Source of the DNA: Takakia lepidozioides
Lineage: Eukaryota; Plantae; Bryophyta
Assembly (NCBI GenBank): GCA_030704615.1
Contig: CM060732.1
Coordinates: forward strand, 49,600,001 to 49,664,000
DNA: 64,000 bases
Direction: 5' to 3'
Part shown: positions 60,351 through 64,000 of the stretch, one piece after another
How the letters are laid out: each line of letters starts with the position of its first letter
Numbering within the stretch: position 1 is the stretch's first letter
The notes under the pieces: generated by a model
Told to the model about the DNA's origin: nothing
Seen by the model: the letters and a program-made list of their open reading frames with translations, nothing else
Databases searched by the model: none
Translations under genes and position numbers: made by a program

Positions 60351-63300
60351 AGTAGATTCTTTCACTACTCCTCGAACCAATATGCGTTGACTGTAGCAAG
60401 CATGAATGTAACCTTCGTTGTTTCACTGAGCACGACAACCTAGTCCCAGAATGCCAGCAGTGCCGCTCCCAAAACACTGTCACCCCATCTGGAGTTATGT
60501 ACACTCCCTTCCGTCCCATGTAACTCTCCAGAGAGGGTGGGAGAGATTTGACATGCCGGAAACCGGCGTACCATCCTTCAGGGATTGCATGTGTGCATTA
60601 AGTTCTTGCACTATTCCTAGTGTTCTCCCTATCAAAATTGGATATTCAAGTCTTAACTTCGAAGATGGGGCCAGGAATAATAGCTAGGGGAAGGGCAATT
60701 ATTCTTCTATATTCATGCTCTGCCATCAGCCTGACCCCTGCATATCTTGCAACCTGCACAAACTTTTATGTAGTCATGATCACGAGGACGCACTGGGCCT
60801 TCTCCGACTTGTTTATGGCAGACCCATGGTTGTTTAGGGGTACAGTACTAGTACAGTTCATGCTCTTCCAATTCGTGAAGATACTTAGCAATTCCAGTTT
60901 ATCGTACTGGAGTCGACTGATCCAACAAAAGTGGCAGCAATGCCTCCCATGGTTGGGCACGGCAGCAAATCCCACCCCCAATACAAGTCTCACAAGTCTC
61001 AAGCTAATGTGAGCTACTTGGTCAAGTTAGAGCTCTCATTTTTCACTTCACCGATGACAGTACGAGTAGGGTCCAGCACTCTTCAGTGGCGGCCCAATAT
61101 GTATACTTTTTCTTTACTTGAGTCCAGACAAATTATATAGAAATGAAAAGCAGCGACGCAGGGCCTAAAAGCTCTGCTCCCGTTGTGATTGTGCAAGCAC
61201 ACACGATCTCTCTTCTCCCTCTCCCCTACTTTTGCTTCCTAGTCTCTGGCAACACGAAATTGGACAGCCGCCTCAGAGCCGTCCAGATATATTATACCGG
61301 GAAGGGGCACGCTTCTCTAGAACCGTCACATGCCTCCTGTCCTGTTTCTTGCAAACATGACATAACTTATCTAACTGCACACCACCCACATACCCCAGCC
61401 CATTCCCTACCATTCGCAAATAAATTTTTGTTTGGAGAAAGGTACCTGATGATCAAGTGATTATATTGAAATACCGCTACTTCCCAAAGACAATGAGCTC
61501 ATTGGTGACACACGCCAGTCTGAGAGAAGAGACACAAATGCAACAGCCTCACAAAGGCCAATCTCGGAAAATCTGCTAACGTGCAAACAGACAAAGCTCC
61601 ACATAAATCCAGTGAAGATTGGTCAACCCCAAGTAAGATTTTATGGGAGCATTTGTCCTCTCTATTTGTCTTCTACTATTAAAGCACTTCACACATTATG
61701 CGCCTCCCCATTCGGACTCAGACATCCCCCATGAATGAAATGGAAGCCAGGAGCAAGGCACTCTTGCGATTCTCCTCCTTGTCCGCCATAGCCCGCACCT
61801 TCCAACCAAGGAGACGACGACCGGTAACGACATCCATCCAATTCCAGTGGATGTTCATCCACTCGATCCAAGGAAGGCATTGACCGGGTCTTCCGGTGGG
61901 CCTCACCGGAGACCACGGGGAGGCGGGACCCCCATTCGAAAAGTTTGCGTAACGTGGCAGCACCACATCAAACCGGGACCCATCATCATCATGCCCATCA
62001 TCGTCACGCAGATGTCGCATCATGGCAGGCGTGCAACGAATGAAGGACGGATGCCTCACTATTCATCCATTTCAAACTGACAGAGTCTGGACGGACCTCG
62101 TGCGCCCCGCTGGCGCCAGGTCATTCCAATCTCATAATCTGACCACTGCAATTAAATACGCGCTGGCACCTCTAGAAAACAGGTCCACGATGGCTGGCCG
62201 CAACCTCTAGTGCATCTCTCCTGTTTTGGCAAAAAATTGGAAAAAAAATGCCTTCATTTTTTGGAGCCTAAGAAGAAAGGAGCCTTTGGCAAAAAATTCT
62301 CCAGCAAAAAAACTCTGATTACCTATGGTATCCGGGCCTCCAGCGAGTAGGAGATTGACAGCTGTCTCATATTAGTCCCATAATCTAGACAGAACTTGGT
62401 GTTCCAATAAGTTGAATGATATAACCTGTAAATACCAGTGTTGTGTGAATGTTTGATTCACATAGTACATGTGGATCTGCCGGAGGTCAAAAAATGTACT
62501 TTCCGCCGAGTTACGAACTGCCGGATATGAAGAGGTGATATAACCACCAGTACTGGTTGAGAAGCATATTTTTCTTGTTGATCTAGTCTGCAACTAAGTG
62601 GCCCAACAAGGCAGGTTATGAACCCTTTTATCCGGAAATTAGAACCAGGGTCATAATCTGAATAATAACCTGCGATTGTTCACTCATAGATGATGAGGCA
62701 GGTCGCTGGCCCTCTCTTTTTTTATTTTACATATTTTTAATAATTTTGTTGCCAAGGAACTTCCTCTCTTTTTCTTTTTTTCTTAATAAGGGTATTTTTC
62801 AATATTATATCATTTTAGATTGGATATTTTTATTTCTTTAAAAGAAACTGGGCTCCTGCTCTATGCCTTGGTGTTGTTCTTTTCTGCCATGGCCGTGGCT
62901 GTTAGAGATAGTTTCCTTTCTTGTCTTTTCTCTTGGTTTTGGGTGGCTCTCCCCACCGTTGTAAGCTCCAAATCCCTAGAATCGGAGGACCACAACACAA
63001 ATTCGTAGTTAGACATATGTAACCGGCTGAATATCCGTGCAACACTAGTAATTACTAGTGTTGGGCGGGTATTACATTTTGGGCATATTGAAGGGTCCGG
63101 GTAAGGCATCTTCGTTTAAAGTGGTATAGAGGCGGTTATATATAATGTAGTGGTTTGAAAATTAAGTCGGTTAGAGGTTATCAATAGAGTGGTCCCAAAA
63201 AGGAAAACAACGTATTGACAAAAAGGACATAAGAAAATAGCTTATCACTGCCAATATGCTTTAATACGGAACAAACCACAACTATGTGTAGTTCTAAAAC

Positions 63301-63654
63301 CCTAAGAAATAATTTATCTTTACATATTTGACCATAAAAGCAAGCAATAAGAAAACAAACCAACCACATCTATTCTCAAGACAAATGGCTCCAATGCTAT
63401 TCCAGCAACCCCACTCAAAGCTCCAGCAATTACTGTTGCATCAGATATGAGCATGAGCTAGCAGCCAAGTATTAGAGGGTCCTTGACTACCAATGTACAA
63501 TTCAATATTGGAATTTCTTGGGTACCTTCTGAATATGCTTCTCAAGCTTTTCCTGCTCCATTTTCTGCAACACAATGTAGCGTGTTATAAATCAATGCTC
63601 ATTTTGTACAAAACTAGAAGTGACAGAAAGGTAGGGAAAAAAGGACGAAGCATA

Positions 63655-63700
63655 GAAAATATGTACTCATAAGACATTTGTTTGATGTAGCCTTTTAGCC
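63655..63700 (-). mobile_element. Short diverged 3' tail of the same RTEX-like LINE
   Basis: atgtactcataagac..ttgtttg..gtagcctt is the reverse complement of aaggctac..caaacaa.gtcttatgagtacat. Confidence 0.55.
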
Positions 63701-64000
63701 CCACAACATGTAATCCATGTCTTTTTCATGACATTTCAAACTGCCTCAATCCAAATCTCTCTCCACACCTCCTTTTGTCAGATCTGCACTAGAAAACCAG
63801 ATGTGGATGTGGGGGATTCTAAGTGGCAGTCAGGTCACAGAAAGAAATTGATCATATTGAAGTGGTGTAGAGTTAATTTTTGTGCTATCTATTTGATGAA
63901 TGCAAAAGCCTGAAGTCATACACTACATTGAATACTGTGAAGATCTTACCCATGGGTTGCGAAGTGTGCTGCTTATTCACAACACTTGCAAAGAACTTTA

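Noticed and set aside
60450-62060. Possible spliced minus-strand gene with a transit-like start (WKVRAMADKEE...)
   Set aside because: I could not assemble a stop-free model or recognise a family; it may be a pseudogene.
62700-63400. AT-rich tract with a short CxxC ORF
   Set aside because: Probably a TE remnant, but no diagnostic termini or domain were seen.

Overview
Eukaryotic nuclear DNA from a non-seed land plant with flagellated sperm (bryophyte-like; inferred from a spliced CFAP298 gene, DYW-PPR debris and plastid-targeted genes). Host genes: TMEM18, an SRPK kinase, phytol kinase VTE5, a frameshifted NOP53, plastid release factor PrfB1, SLX1 nuclease, a condensation-fold (HxxxD) acyltransferase-like gene, CFAP298, and an orphan ~750-aa disordered protein with 14 dispersed R-C-x-W-P-R-like motifs, which is the most novel-looking object here. 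Mobile DNA: (i) a decayed non-LTR retrotransposon with both an APE and a restriction-like endonuclease (Dualen/RandI-type) and a compact structured 3' RNA; (ii) a fully bounded 10.66-kb Sola1-like DNA transposon (30-bp perfect TIRs, AAAT TSD) carrying an FCP1-like pseudo-phosphatase, telomere-like arrays and a nested 1.56-kb foldback element, apparently inserted into a Penelope-like element; (iii) a solo LTR inside a ~450-bp tandem repeat; (iv) RTEX-like LINE fragments associated with (CT)n in introns; (v) tRNA-like SINEs and MITEs. There are also pseudogene fragments (GAPA, DYW-PPR). All family calls come from reading motifs by eye; no database searches were run.
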